A stretch of 64,000 bases of DNA from Trypethelium eluteriae (taxonomy: Eukaryota), in the NCBI GenBank assembly GCA_051942245.1, contig JAVECL010000010.1, forward strand, positions 1 through 64,000, read 5' to 3'. Below, piece by piece: positions 24,365 through 37,266 of this stretch (the stretch's first letter is position 1; every line of letters starts with the position of its first letter). The notes beneath the pieces are model-generated. The model saw nothing but the letters and a program-made list of their open reading frames with translations. It did not search any database and was not told the origin of the DNA. The position numbers were made by a program, and so were the translations under genes.

Positions 24365-26667
24365 TCAAGTCCCAATCGTGTTCTGAGCCACTTTCATTTT
24401 CTCCAAAATTGCTGGATCCACAGTGATGGTTTGAGGGCCTGTCTTGGACTGCACCTGGACCCGTTCTTTGGTAGATTGGAATGCGGCTTGATTCTGCTGC
24501 GCTGACTGCAGCTTAGCAAGCATTGTGGGATCGACGGTGATTGGCTTGGCCGCGCCTGCGATTGCAGCCAATGATTTCCCTGGACCTGCCTTAGATTGTT
24601 GAGATGCGGGTACGTTCAATTTAGAGGATCTCGTTTGAAGCTTTGGTGGTTTAGTAGCTTGGGGCCTGGACGGAGGGCTTGACAGCTTGGGCGGACCAGT
24701 TGTTGGCGCTTTTTGTACAGCACTTTTTCTCGCCATTTGCTCGGCTTGCAGTCTCTTCAAGACTTCTGGGTCCAATGTGACAGTAGGTACCTCACTGGGA
24801 CCCTGAGTTTGTGGCGCTTGCCCCGGCTGGGCTACGGGAGTTTTGCTTGCCCCCGTTGACATTGCTGCGCTCTTAACGCTTGGACCTCTAGTCGAGGGAG
24901 CGACCTTGCTAGCAGAAGTGGCTGACGTGACAGTGGGCGAACGCACACTTGGGGTACGAGTACCACCCATGGTGAATGTACTATAAGAGGGACCAGACGA
25001 TAGCGTTGATATCGAAGTGCGCCGACGTGTTTGTGCTGGACTTGATCCAATAGACCCTACCGGCTTTCCTCGAGCGACAGCAAGTGCATGGTCGAGCTTC
25101 ATTTGAGATGTTGAAGAGGGACCTGAGGGGCCATTCCTGGCCGCTGAACTTGCGAAATCCTTCTTTTCGGTAGTTTTGGGCACATTCTTGGGCGCCTTCT
25201 CTATTTTTGGGGCCTGGGGAGCGGCTGGCCCATTTGTGATCAGTTTCCGTGCTTCTTCCGGAGTCATGTCTTTCTTTGGCGTCAGTATATCCATGATTGA
25301 GAGCGGCTGTCCAGATTTGGGTGCGCTCCCATCTTTGTTAGTGATGGGTAATTTACTTGCACCCCCTTCCAGGAGATAGAGCCCCATCATCAGAGCAGTG
25401 ATAGGCTCAAAAATCGATACGAACTCATTCAAATTCTTCGTCTTGATCTCGGTCTCAATAAAAGGTGCTATCCTACTGGCACCAGAGTTTGACGAATTGA
25501 CAGAGCCCTCCTTCAAAATCCATTTCTCGTCAGCGGGGAAGCGACCGGTGCGGTAGAAGTGTTCTAAGAGGTAATCTTTCTCCCGCCAGCGGTTACGCAA
25601 CCAGACCTCGAATTTCCTCTTGTCATCAATGGGAATATCTGGAATATAGAAGCGTCGCCAATGCATGTTTACAGATTTCGGCGGTCGTCCTTCAAAGAAG
25701 GATGATCTGAGCGTGTAGATATCCTGGCCATATTCTCCTTTCGGAATTCCTTCGTATCCGATTGTGCAGTCATAGAGCCAAGACGTCGTGGTGCGCAGCT
25801 CTTGCAAGCAAAATTGCAAGCCGGTACTCCGCGGTAGAAGTTGGTGCTTCATATCCTCGAGACCGTTTTTATCAGCCCATCGCTTGCTAGCTTCCCTGGT
25901 CGTTTTGGAAAGATTAGTACCCTCCGGAAAGATAACAAGCCACATGGGATCAGATGGTTTATTCAGATTTCGAAGTTGCCTTTCCATTTGTGGTCGATCT
26001 GTTTCCCAGTTTCGAGATAGAAAGATAAAATTGTAGAACTGTGCGGCCCAACCAAAGATCGGAATCTTCTTTATCGACTCTTTAAGTATGATGAAGATCC
26101 GTCCATGCATATTATTGGTGTACGCTATCCACCAGAGGTACAGCCAATCAGTGTACAACTATCAGAAATGTCAATCCATTGTTCTTACAGTATGTCGGTT
26201 TCGTCAAATACCTGATGATTAGCCATCAAAACCAGATGATTGGCAAAATTGCATTTGAGAGTTCCGTCCTTCAACCGATAGAGTTGACCGCGCATACTCG
26301 AATCGCCACTGACACGTACAATCGTAGGTGACCACCACTGCGTCATAGTGGTGACGAGGATGGCAAAAGACTCTTTGGTTTGATTCATGTACGACTTGTA
26401 AAACCCCGGGTCTACAAGCTTCAAGGGCGCACCTAGAAATTGAGAGGCGCTAATACTACAAGTTGACTGTCATTTTGGAAGTTCATCCATAAGAATAGTA
26501 GTGCAACACTCTGAGAGGGCTCCTTACGCAAAAGATCCTGAAAGAAATGTAGAGGCGACTTGGAACGCCCTCTCGGCTTGAGTCTTTGGTCCATGCTTGG
26601 CCGGTCCGGAAGGATGATTGCCTCCATTGCTTTGCGACATACTCAAGCCAGCAACGTTCGGTGCCAT
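24365..26667 (-). CDS. Lysophospholipid acyltransferase (PlsC superfamily, Cst26/LCLAT1-like) with long C-terminal extension
   Basis: Spliced NHQLYTDW (HX4D), ILKESIKKIPIFGW, FIFLSRNW, IFPEGT, LLPRSTG, YDCTIGY, W.EKD; two introns in the 5' part; ~330 aa S/T/P/K/Q-rich tail. Confidence 0.88.
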
Positions 26668-27282
26668 GTTGTAGCTGGCAACTAGACAAGCCCCTGAACG
26701 GGGAAAATCCAATCTTTAGCCTCCGCTTCTGGACGTCTTGTTATCTGAAATATAGCTGTCAGTCAATCATCTATATTTTGAGTAAGTGCAGCACACCTAT
26801 CGAGTAGCCGTCGTTCTCGTCCGTTTTGATGCGACGCTCGGGCGCACATGGCGAAAGAAAGTTGGTAATTCCAAGAAAAGCGGGAAAGGTCAGATCTCCA
26901 TCCCCATCTAGATGACTCGCACAATGATCGACGCAAATGGCCTGGTAGTAGCGCCTAATCGGGTGGCAGGTGTGGCGCAAATGGAGGCTGGCCAAGGGCC
27001 CTTGCAGGCCACCGTGACGTCAGACCGTCGTCGCGTCTGGTGTTTCCAACCCCTCGAGCTCACCAAGCTTTCGTCTTTTGCAATCCTTTACCGCTACCCT
27101 GCACGCCCCAATTGGTCGATTCAAAGATCTACACTTGCTCTAGAACAACTTTCATCTTCTCTTCCTGCCTTGATTCCTCAGAGCTCTTACTTTCTTCACT
27201 CCCGACTTTCTTCTGTCTTACTCATAGTAGACCAGAACAGGCCTTACTACTCCCACTCCTTCCTCCTCTCCCATCATTGAAA

Positions 27283-27900
27283 ATGGCCTCGCAAGTGACC
27301 AACAATCTCCCCTCGCGCCCGAGAGCTCAAAAGCTTGGCGCTCCCAAAGGCCTACCCAAACTCAACAAGGCTCCGGGCATCGGACAAGCGACAGGGGCTG
27401 TCAATGGTGTTGGAGGTCAAGCGACCAATGCTGTGAACCAAGCAGCACAGAGCGTTCCCTCAGCTTATGAGATTATGGCTGGCAGGATTGCCAACCGCGT
27501 CGCTGAAATGGCCGAGAACATCACTTTTGTCGAACGGTGCGCTCGCCTCCCTTTCTTATTACCCTTCCATTCTGTTCTTGCTGATCTCCGCTCTAGACCA
27601 AGGCAATCCGAAGCCCCACTTCAAGAGACCGATCCTGCTACAGGCAAAAAGCGTCCTCGTAAACTCGACATTCGTCTTGGCACCTCTACAAAAGGCGATG
27701 TCTCCTTCAGCCCTGCGTTCCTCGATAGTCTCCTGAGCAAGATGTTGACTCTGCAGGCACGCATGCTGAAGGTCAGTAACGAGCTGGGCGGTGTGACGGA
27801 TGTAGAGGAAGAGACGAAGAAGGAGCAGTATGAGCAGACGAGTGAGTTGAGTCGCATCATTGCTTTGATTTGTGCGGAGAAGGCAAGGCAGGGAGCATAA
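27283..27900 (+). CDS. Small hypothetical protein, probably intron-containing; 3' end uncertain
   Basis: ATG in AAAATGG context after a CT-rich leader, divergent from the acyltransferase. Plausible coding composition, with candidate in-frame introns (GTGCGC...GCTGAT...TAG; GTGAGT near 27842). Confidence 0.55.
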   Translation: MASQVTNNLPSRPRAQKLGAPKGLPKLNKAPGIGQATGAVNGVGGQATNAVNQAAQSVPSAYEIMAGRIANRVAEMAENITFVERCARLPFLLPFHSVLADLRSRPRQSEAPLQETDPATGKKRPRKLDIRLGTSTKGDVSFSPAFLDSLLSKMLTLQARMLKVSNELGGVTDVEEETKKEQYEQTSELSRIIALICAEKARQGA

Positions 27901-28159
27901 GATAGGCAACATATTCAGGCGGAATCTCAAATGGTGGATTAGGGCAGCTTAAGTGAGCATTAGGATCGCAGAGTTTCGATGCTTCTCATCATTAAGTTCT
28001 GGTTCAAGTTTTCATCGCACGACTTTGGGGACTATGATGCTTAGGGCATTTCGTCGGAGTCTTGTATTTTCAAGTTTATTGAAAGCTAATTGTCTGTGTT
28101 GTACATCATGTTTACATAGTTTTGCCAACGTGCGACATGATCTATATACAGCAGTCTGT

Positions 28160-29961
28160 TCAAGACCCTTGCAGTTCCTGACCCATTCCACCAAGTGTAA
28201 CCATCTTGATAACCTCATACTCGCTGACTCCATATTTGCTTCCCTCTCGTCCAAACCCACTGAACTTCACACCTCCAAAAGGTGCTGCCGGGTCACTGAT
28301 CAGTCCCGTATTGATCCCAACCATTCCAGTCTCCAGTGCCTCCGCCACTCTGTAACAGCGCTGTATATCTTTTGAGAAGAAATATCCTGCTAACCCGACC
28401 TCGGCCTGGTTCGCCATTTTCACAACGTCAGCCTCTGTCTCAAATGGGAAGAGTCCTGCCACTGGACCGAACGTCTCTTCTTGCGAGAGTCGCATGTTCG
28501 GTTTCATATCCCGAATGACTGTCATCTGAAAGAAGTTTTCACCTAGATCCGGCAGCTTCTGTCCACCGACCAGGACCTTACCGCCTTGGGATACGGCGTC
28601 CTGGACATGGCTCTCTACCTTGCTCACTGCGCGATTATGAATCAATGGCCCATGCGTAACTCCCTCCTCGTACCCTCCACCCACCTTGAACCCTTTCACT
28701 TTCTCGGCAAACACCTTACAAAACTCATCGTATATCCCCTTCTGGACATATATCCGATTCGCACACACACACGTCTGCCCACTACTCCTAAATTTACTCG
28801 CCAGCGCACCCGCAACCGCACTCTCCAGATCCGCATCATCAAACACAATAAACGGCGCATTCCCACCGAGCTCAAAGCTCAGCTTCTTCAGCGTGTCGGC
28901 ACTCTGCTTCATCAACAGCTTGCCGACGCCCGTGCTCCCCGTAAACGAGACCTTGCGCACCACGGGACTACTCGTCAGCGTACTCCCGATCTCGGCCGTG
29001 TTATGCAGCGCAGTGACGATGTTGACGACACCCGCGGGGATGCCGGCGCGGTGGCCCAGCTCGGCGAGGGCGGCCGCCGTGAAGGGCGTTTCGCCGGGGG
29101 ATTTGGCGACGAGGGTGCAGCCGGCGGCGAGGGCGGGGCCGATTTTCCGGGTGATCATGGCGGCGGGGAAGTTCCATCTGGAGTCGGGGGATTTGGATTA
29201 GTTGTGGGTGGTGGGGTGAAGTAGTGGGAGAGGAGTTGGGATTGGGAAGAAGGGACGCGAAGGTGAGGCATGACGTACGGTGTGATAAGACCACAGACAC
29301 CGACGGGCTCTTTAATGGTGTAGACGCGGTTTCCAGGGACGGTCGCCGGGATGGTGTCGCCGTAGGTTCGGGGTGCCTCTTCGCTGAACCATTCGAAGAA
29401 GTTGGAGGCGTAGGTTACTTCGCCTTTGGCATCGGCGAGAGGCTTCCCATTCTCCCATGTTATTAATTTTGCCAGATCATCCGCATTATCCACCATCAAC
29501 TGGTACCATTTCCGTAGCATCCGTGCCCGTTCCCGGCCAGTGGTTTTGCGAAAGGAGACGAGGGCTTTTTCGGCGGCTTTGATGGCTACTTCACAATCCG
29601 AGACGTCCATCTCAGGCATTGTGCCTATGGATTTGCCAGAGGCGGGATCTAGGAAGCATCAATCGAGTTCTCTCTACGTTTTGTAATTGAGAACACTGAC
29701 CTGTGACCTCGAATGTCTTGCCCGACTTCGCACCGATCCATTTTCCATCGATGTAGCATTGGGATTTGAGGAGCGATTTGTCATTGAGCTAAAGGATGTA
29801 AGTGTGTTGCACTCCATATTTTATCTCGAGATAGCTCAAGAGCATACAGGAGGAACACTGTGGACCATGGCGTATGATCGAGGTATTATTCTGGGAAAAT
29901 TATAATTCTGTAATCGTGACCTGACGGTAGCTCGAGGGAGTAGGGAGAGGAGGGAACGCAT
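28160..29961 (-). CDS. uga2: Succinate-semialdehyde dehydrogenase (ALDH5/GabD/Uga2 type)
   Basis: ITWENGKPLADAKGEV, WFSEEAPRTYGDTIP, ITPWNFPAAMITRK after splicing, SFTGSTGVGK, ELGGNAPFIVF, KFRSSGQTCVCANR, EETFGP, PFGGVKFSGFGREGSKYG; three introns. Confidence 0.93.
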
Positions 29962-31878
29962 TGTTGCGCTTGGGATAGTTTAAGTAGAGGTAAGAGACGC
30001 ATGTGGCAGTCGCATGAAGTGGTGACGGCAACAATGCTGATTGGCGTGTAATGATGGTGTCAAGCCATGTGCTCGATCTGCCCATTCGTCTTCCTTTTTG
30101 CTCCTCGGTCTCTCAGACGTAGTGGAGTGGTGGGGTACTCTAGCTCTAGTACTTAGAGTAGCACCGCAGGTAGAGTAGCTTCAGGGGACTGCCGAGCGTG
30201 ACGTCATGCCGGAAACTTCACCGACTATCTACCCCTACTGCTTGAAGGATAGCTAAGCAATGCTGAATTGCACAATTTCTCTTTCACATCTTGGACCAAA
30301 GTAAGAAAAGTGATGCAAAAAGCTACCAGCTCTATACCCAGCGTTAGTATTATCTTCACTGCAGAACGTCGAGAAAGGTTTCCGGGCAGTTCTCTTTGTG
30401 CTCCCTGCTTCCTCACAACCTCCTGCGACTTGGGGTATGAGGCTCCTTTGTTACAGGGGGGCCAGAAAGCTTATGAACCATCAATTGACCTTCCTGAGAT
30501 CTGATATCCTCGTTGGTGGTAATGCTTTAATGTTCCTCACCGAGCTCGTCCCAAAAGACTCTCTGAGACGCGGGCAACAATGTGCAGTTCGGATGTGAAG
30601 GCCTTACACTACTTGGTACAATACCGTGCATTTTCAGATCCATCGCCTTGGATCATGTGTACGGTGGCTGCTCTTGTGCCTGGCTTGGGCCTATCCTGCG
30701 GCTTACGGTGGGAGGAAGCCTTTTGATTCGGCCCACAGCTGATCATAGCCTGATGAATGTGCTTGCGGACATCACGATAGCGCTGCCCTTGATATTTAGT
30801 AACATGTCGAGGTAACTTTTGGCAAATAATAGTTCATAAAGCATTGGCCCTTGTAGGCATTGGTCCCATCCAAGTGTCGATTCCCCCAGCTCTCTATGCA
30901 GTCACAGGAAAGAACAATACGATTCCTGGCGTGAGAACTATAGATTCGACAACTCTACCTACCGTAGCCTAGCTACCAGTCCCTAGTTTCTTGTTTTGTT
31001 TGATGGCAAGAAGAATGCCAGTTCTAGTGGCATATACTCAAAGAAGACCTTGTGCATCAAATAGATCCATAAGACGTACATCGTGACTACAGATGCACAC
31101 AGTTGACTTAAGTTCTTGCTCCTGTGTCGCTTGTTTCAGCTTACTTAAAGAAGAGCTATCACCCTGTTCCTGAGCCAGTAAGACGTCAAGTTCGGAGCGA
31201 AGAAGTAGCTTTTGTCTGAGACCGTCTATGAAGATGGCTGCAACTCCATAGTCTCCAATATGTTGTCAACCCAAAATACTTAGAGTGGTCCAAGATGATT
31301 GGAGACGATCTAACAGTGAGAATTTCTAGTGAAAAAGCTCAAGGTGTAGATCGATGTATTTATATAGAGGTGTGTGAAAGAGATTGCTTTACGCAAATTG
31401 ATCACAGTGAAAATATGGGTCGGTAGACAATATAGAGTTGATAATTAGCAATAAAATGATCCTCGGCACATTTTGAATGCTATCGTATGATGAGACTCTC
31501 GGAAAATCTGCGTATGCTATGCTTTTCGTTATACATACTCCCTGTAACGAATGGAAATACCGATCAGAGCTTTCCATTTACCTCATTATGTCTCAACTCC
31601 TCCTTTAAAGAGCTGATCTGTAGCGTAGCCTCAGCCCCCAGTACCAGTATAGCAAGCATTTCAAGCATGTAGAGCTTCACACTGATAGATATCAGAGGAA
31701 ATCGGCTTTCTTCTTGTTAAGAGTTTCGAGTTGCATGCAAAGGCGACTCAAGACTTTCTCGATAGCTAGCTCTCATCGAGTGATACAGTGAGCGAAGATC
31801 CTTCAAATGAAGATAAGCGACTCTGTCTTGCTCGTCAGACATTAGTTCTAATGTAGGCTGAGAAAAAGATTGACTTTC

Positions 31879-33558
31879 TTAGGTCGGTGCACCGATATAC
31901 AGGGCGCCATCGTGTTCATAATGTCCAATTCCAGTGTTAACCAGCTGATTTGGAGTCACTTGCAGTGGACTGGAGATCTTCTTTCTTCTTGGAGCAGCTG
32001 GTAGCCCTCTGATAACATCCTTCAGGCTGTTATCGAGCAGTCGCTTGTAGATCAAATTCGCATCCCTCATAAGCCCCTCATATCCAATAAAGTGTGAAAG
32101 TACACTGCCAACAACTGCAGTCGCCATGGATGTACCTTCAGGTATTGATTTAGCCAGTAGCTTTGCGATCGAGTCTGGGCCTTACCATGTCTAGAGCCTG
32201 ACGAAGTATCACTACCTGAAGTTGCGACGCGCATGTCATCACCTGGTGCAATAACCTCCACAGCCGAGCCATGATTGGCAAACTGGGATGACCATCTATA
32301 AGTCCTATCACATGCAGTAACGCAAATTACTGAAGGTGAATTACAAGGAAACCTATTAGAGGCGAGTATGGGTGGCCGTCTATCGCGATATTATGAAGAG
32401 AAACTCATAAATAGGCAGGGGACGTACTCATTTCCAGCGGAAGCAACGAGAGCAATACCTGAGCTTTTTGCCACCCTTAATGCAGAAGTAATGGTATAGG
32501 ATGCAGTTGTGCTAAAAGACATATTAATAATCGAACCTTTGAACCCGTGTGATGGAGCTTGACTATTGTGTCGGTGATCTTCTGTAACGTCTGCAATTGC
32601 CTTTGCAATAAACGATGCCTTGGTCGTTTCCTTACATTGAATTTTGACATTGATGATATTAGCCAATGAGACACTGTATAGCTCACCAGCGAGAAGACTT
32701 GCGACCTGATCATGTTGTCAGAATAAAGTATGGTCCAGCCCTCTGAGTATAGAAACTGACAGCAGTACCATGGGAAGTGGGCGAACTGTCGCTCCATTCC
32801 ATATTTCCTGAAGTGCAATATGGCGTCGTTGTGGTGTTGCGGAAATTCGATGCGCGACCCTAATGAAACTTACTGAGTACGTTATTCGTAGTAGGCAACT
32901 TCGCAGGACGGTACCTGAAAGGCTTTATGGGTGATTCTGACACCATGGTCAAGTACGTATATGTTCACCCCAGCACCTGGGTTCTTGATTACTTTGACGG
33001 AGTATTGATGGGGCAATTTCTGAGAAGATTTTAGAGAAGGTCTTGGGTCTTGCTTGATCTTCACTTTTCCTTTCGACGTGACCATATATGAGGGCCAATA
33101 ACCGTCCATGAAGTCGTGCTCCAGGTCTCGCTTGGAGTGATTCGCAGTGAACAAGTTATTTGACGCATTCATAGTTTCGGTTGGCTGAATTACGTAAGTA
33201 TCATGCTCGACGTATTCAACGCCGGGGTCGGTGCGGATCATATGATCAACTGTGTACTTGTCTAACTGTGCCCGATAACTAGAAGTTGAGATATCAGTGA
33301 AGATTGTGTTTCGAGACCGCTACTAGTCTACCTTCGTAACAGCGATATCTCTTCAAAATCAAGACTCAGTTGCGATAAATTCGCTCCACAGTGTGCAAAA
33401 TGTTGTGCAAGGGTATAATTCTCGAAAAGGCGTACGATATACTGTTCCGGTACCAAGTTTGGACCTGGGACTAAGTACGGAGCAAGATTTCCTCCTCGTC
33501 GCGAGGCTTTTGTAAAATCACTTAAAATAAATAGGAGAAGGCAAGCGAGAAATAGCAT
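31879..33558 (-). CDS. Secreted subtilisin-like serine protease (S8, proteinase K-like, I9 propeptide)
   Basis: Signal peptide, propeptide (YIVRL, VEYVEHD), catalytic triad in YVLDHG, SHGTAVAS and GTSMAT, INMSF, oxyanion SAGNE. Five introns splice to an uninterrupted frame. Confidence 0.88.
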
Positions 33559-34694
33559 GCTTGAAACTGGCCAGCAAATTAAAAGGAAAAATGCATAAAA
33601 TATGCAATCTTATGTTTGCATGAGTAACAGAGAAGAATCGACGGATGGAGTACTACAATCGAAACTCAGGGAATGAAATCAACAACAATTATTTGAAAGG
33701 CGTCATTGAATGCCACGTTAGATACCCAGTTTTGCAAGCCATTCTACTCAGAATAATCCCACAGATCAGATACCTGGTCAGAGAGTCGCAAGATGAGCTT
33801 CAGCGAATACTTTTTGTTATCTACTAAGTTATGTCGATATCAAGTCACATTCTACTATCTGTCGAATTCTCAATGGCTATTCAGTGGCCAAGGCGTCAGT
33901 TCCACTGTGGCACCAAAACCCGGAGGAGGAAATATTGATAGTTGTTCGCTGATGAATTCGGAGATTGCCGGATGGGCCGTTTGTCAGTTGATGCCAGCAC
34001 GGCCAGTCAAAACAGAACGGTGGTGGCGAAACCGGTCGAGCGGGTACTCTATGTGCTTCGCTAGAAGCGATGCACTCGGCATTTGAAACTTCATGAGTAT
34101 CGATTCATGTTAGAATACCAAATCGCATACTCGAGTGTAGAGTACCTAGATGGGAGTCTACCGGACAAGGATGGATAAACGCAGATAGAAGTGACGTCAT
34201 TTGGGTTGGGGCACCTCTGTAGTTTTACTGTTATGACCATGTCGACCCGTGTTGAGGCAGCGTTAACATGGGCCAATAAGATTAGAAGTCCGCACCACTC
34301 CGTGCACGATCCACCTCCGTGCACGCCTCAATTCGTCCGGCGCACACATGTTCAAAATTGATTATCTCCACTAATATGGGGTCAATTGCTTCAGCTCTTG
34401 CTTTTTTAGAAACTGCGGAGGTTTTTAATTACGCTGAAGCTGCTTAAATTTTTAATGTTGACTGTATAACGCTGTTGTGTTGCCATAGGGGCGCGACACG
34501 GGGTAAGGAGCAGTCCATCTAGGAGAGCAAACTCCTTACATTAAAACAACAAAAATTAGCTCTTGTGGACTATATTAATAAGCTTTTGGATTATGGCATC
34601 CCTCTTATAGTGTGAATGGTTAGGAATTTTGCTTTAAAAATCTTTAAAAAGCTATTAAGAAAGAACTAGATGTATTATTTTATTAAACATTACC

Positions 34695-35189
34695 TGTTAT
34701 GAGCCTATACCCCCTGGTACAAGCCCAGCTTGTAGCAGGTACGTAGAAGGGTCTCAGAAGTTTTTCACGTAGGAGCGGAGTGTCAAGGATCCAATAATGT
34801 AAGAAGGGTTACTAAGCTTTGAACAACTTAATAATAAATAAGGTCTTATTTAATTTGGCTTATAACTAACTATAGGTACAGCTTTGGTATAATATAGTAA
34901 AGTAATAAAACGCAAGGAGAAAAATAAGAGTGTGCTTAGAACTCAGTTCCTTAAATATTTATTCCTTCTCCACTACAGCCTTCCTTCTTGCTGGTGTTGC
35001 AGCGAGGAGGGCGAGATGTCGTCTCGCTCTCTGCAAGGTGAGATCTCGCTCATCTCGCTGCGAGATGGTTGAGGTGTCCGTGCCACGTCCTTGCTTACTC
35101 CTGTTGCGAACGCGCTCAGTGTTACGCGATTGGTGCACTACAAGTAGTGGCTACCTCCAACGCGTCCTTGGTCAGGAGCGTTCGTAACA
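34695..35189. mobile_element. Solo LTR (495 bp) nested in the outer transposon
   Basis: Begins TGTTATGA and ends TCGTAACA; exact 5 bp target-site duplication TTACC at 34690-34694 and 35190-35194. Confidence 0.9.
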
Positions 35190-35410
35190 TTACCACAAAA
35201 ATCTTAAATCTGCCTACTTGATAGGGCTAAATTTAGAGTGTAAAAAGGCTGATAATATTCTTAGGATTTAAAAATTCTTTAACTTTATAAGTTTTTTTAA
35301 TTGCTTTATTTATTTTTTTATAATTTAATAAATTAGGGAGAAAATTAAAAAATATAAAATCCAGCCCCAAAATATTTATAATATGGACAAAAAAGGCTTT
35401 TTTTTAAGTA

Positions 35411-37266
35411 GAGTCTAGACCCTAGCTTTGATCAGACCCCAGCTTTGATCAGTCGCGTACCATGCTTTTTGTATGCAACACGCGTTATTTTTAATAATGC
35501 TAAAAAAATCTATTTAAGAACTCTTAGATTATAAAATTTAACTTTAAAAGGCCTTATTTGCACTTAAAAATTAAGAGATTTTATCTGTTTGGGCAGCTAC
35601 TTACCAGTTTAAAGTATCACATTTAACTCTTATGCGCAGGCATTATGCAGGCAATACACAAGCTATAAGCTATAAAATACAGCAGCTTTTTATAAACACA
35701 AAAGAATTAACTTTTGTATAATAAATTAAATAATATATAATAATTAGAATACCCATTACTTATTTAATATTAAAAGATTTTGCTTATAAGGTGCGCGTTG
35801 TACGCGTCTCGCATGCATCTTGCAGAATAACTGCCCACATAAAATACCCTCTTATTAATAATAAATAGATTTAATACTTTAAAAAATAACATCTAAAAAT
35901 ATGGATAATTCTAGCCCAATAACTAGAATACTCTTAATATAAAGGTGCAACTTATAAGCATGTAGAATACTGGTTTAATGCAGTTACTTTATAAGTAGCA
36001 AAGCACAAATATTACCTTTTAGACATGTATAATATAAATAAGTTAGGTTTTAGTGTTAAAAAAGAGCAGATAATAATAATTTTTATTCACCTTAATAATA
36101 TTAAAAAAGAGAAGGTTGTGCTTAATAAGCAGGATTGGGTAATTAATATTAAGTGTATTAGTGCTGCTGGCAAATTATTTGCGCCTTTTTTAGTATTTAA
36201 AGGTAATTATATAAATACTTAATAGATTTTAAAGTAAACACCTTATAACTGGTTTTTTATTACCAGCTAGAATAGCTGGATATTAAATAATATTAAATTA
36301 TAATAATTAATTAAAGTTTTTAATCCTTAAACACGCAAAAAGGCTGCAGATTATTGGCGTTTATTAATTATTAATAGGCATAGCAGCTATATTAAAGCAG
36401 ACTTTATTGCGCATTGTATAAAAAATAATATTAATCTTATAATTATGCCTCTTTATTATTCTTATTTTTTACAGCCGCTTAATATGGGAGTATTTTTATT
36501 ATTTAAGCTATAATATAATTATAAGTTGTATGCACTTAGCTAGCTAAGCTTATAATAAATCCCTTGCGCAGAATAAGTTAAATTACTTATAATAGCTTGG
36601 GCGAAAGCAGTTATAAGCAAGAATATTCTTATAGGCTGGTGAGGAGCTGGCTTAATACCTGCAAATTGCTATTAAGTACTTAAAGGGCTTCCTTATAAGG
36701 CTACTTTAACTGCTGCAAAATTACATACATTATTTAATCCAACTAATTTAGACCTCTTATTATTTTACAGCTTTTTTTTAAAAATAATCGCATTATTTTA
36801 ATTAAATATAAAGTTTGTGTAAATATTGCGTAATTATACCAAAGTTATATTGCTAGTATAACAGTACATGGATTATATAATAGGTCTTTACAAAACCTTA
36901 TCTATTATTATTACTTTTTAAAATTAGCAATTAGCTAATTAAGCTAAGCTTCTTAAAAAGTAAAAAAAAATAAAAAAAGGCAAAAAAGTTTAATTAAAGG
37001 GTGTCTTAATTTATTTTATTAAGGATATCTTATAAATAGCCCGCAAAATAAAGGCAAATATTAAGCATAAAAGGAAAAAATCTTAACACCAATAAGCTGC
37101 ATTAAATAAAAACTTAGATTAGATAGAAGATCCATTATTTAAGATATTATTTAGCAATTTTAATGAAGCGCCGGCTTCGCGCAGGCGTTGCGCACGCATT
37201 GCGCAGGTGGTTGTATGATTTTCACCGATCAAATCTAGGGTCCGATCAAATCTAGGGTCCAGACTC
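35411..37266 (+). mobile_element. Second pogo/Fot1-like transposon (1856 bp), RIP-degraded, nested in the outer element
   Basis: ~43 bp imperfect TIRs GAGTCT(A/G)GACCCTAG(C/A)TTTGATC... with an internal 17 bp direct repeat; TA on both sides. Relic transposase motifs MYNINKLGF, CISAAG..APFLVFKG, LLII.RHSSY, QPLNMGVF. Confidence 0.92.

Noticed and set aside
28586..29224. + strand ORFs of 212 and 171 aa
   Set aside because: Antisense to SSADH.
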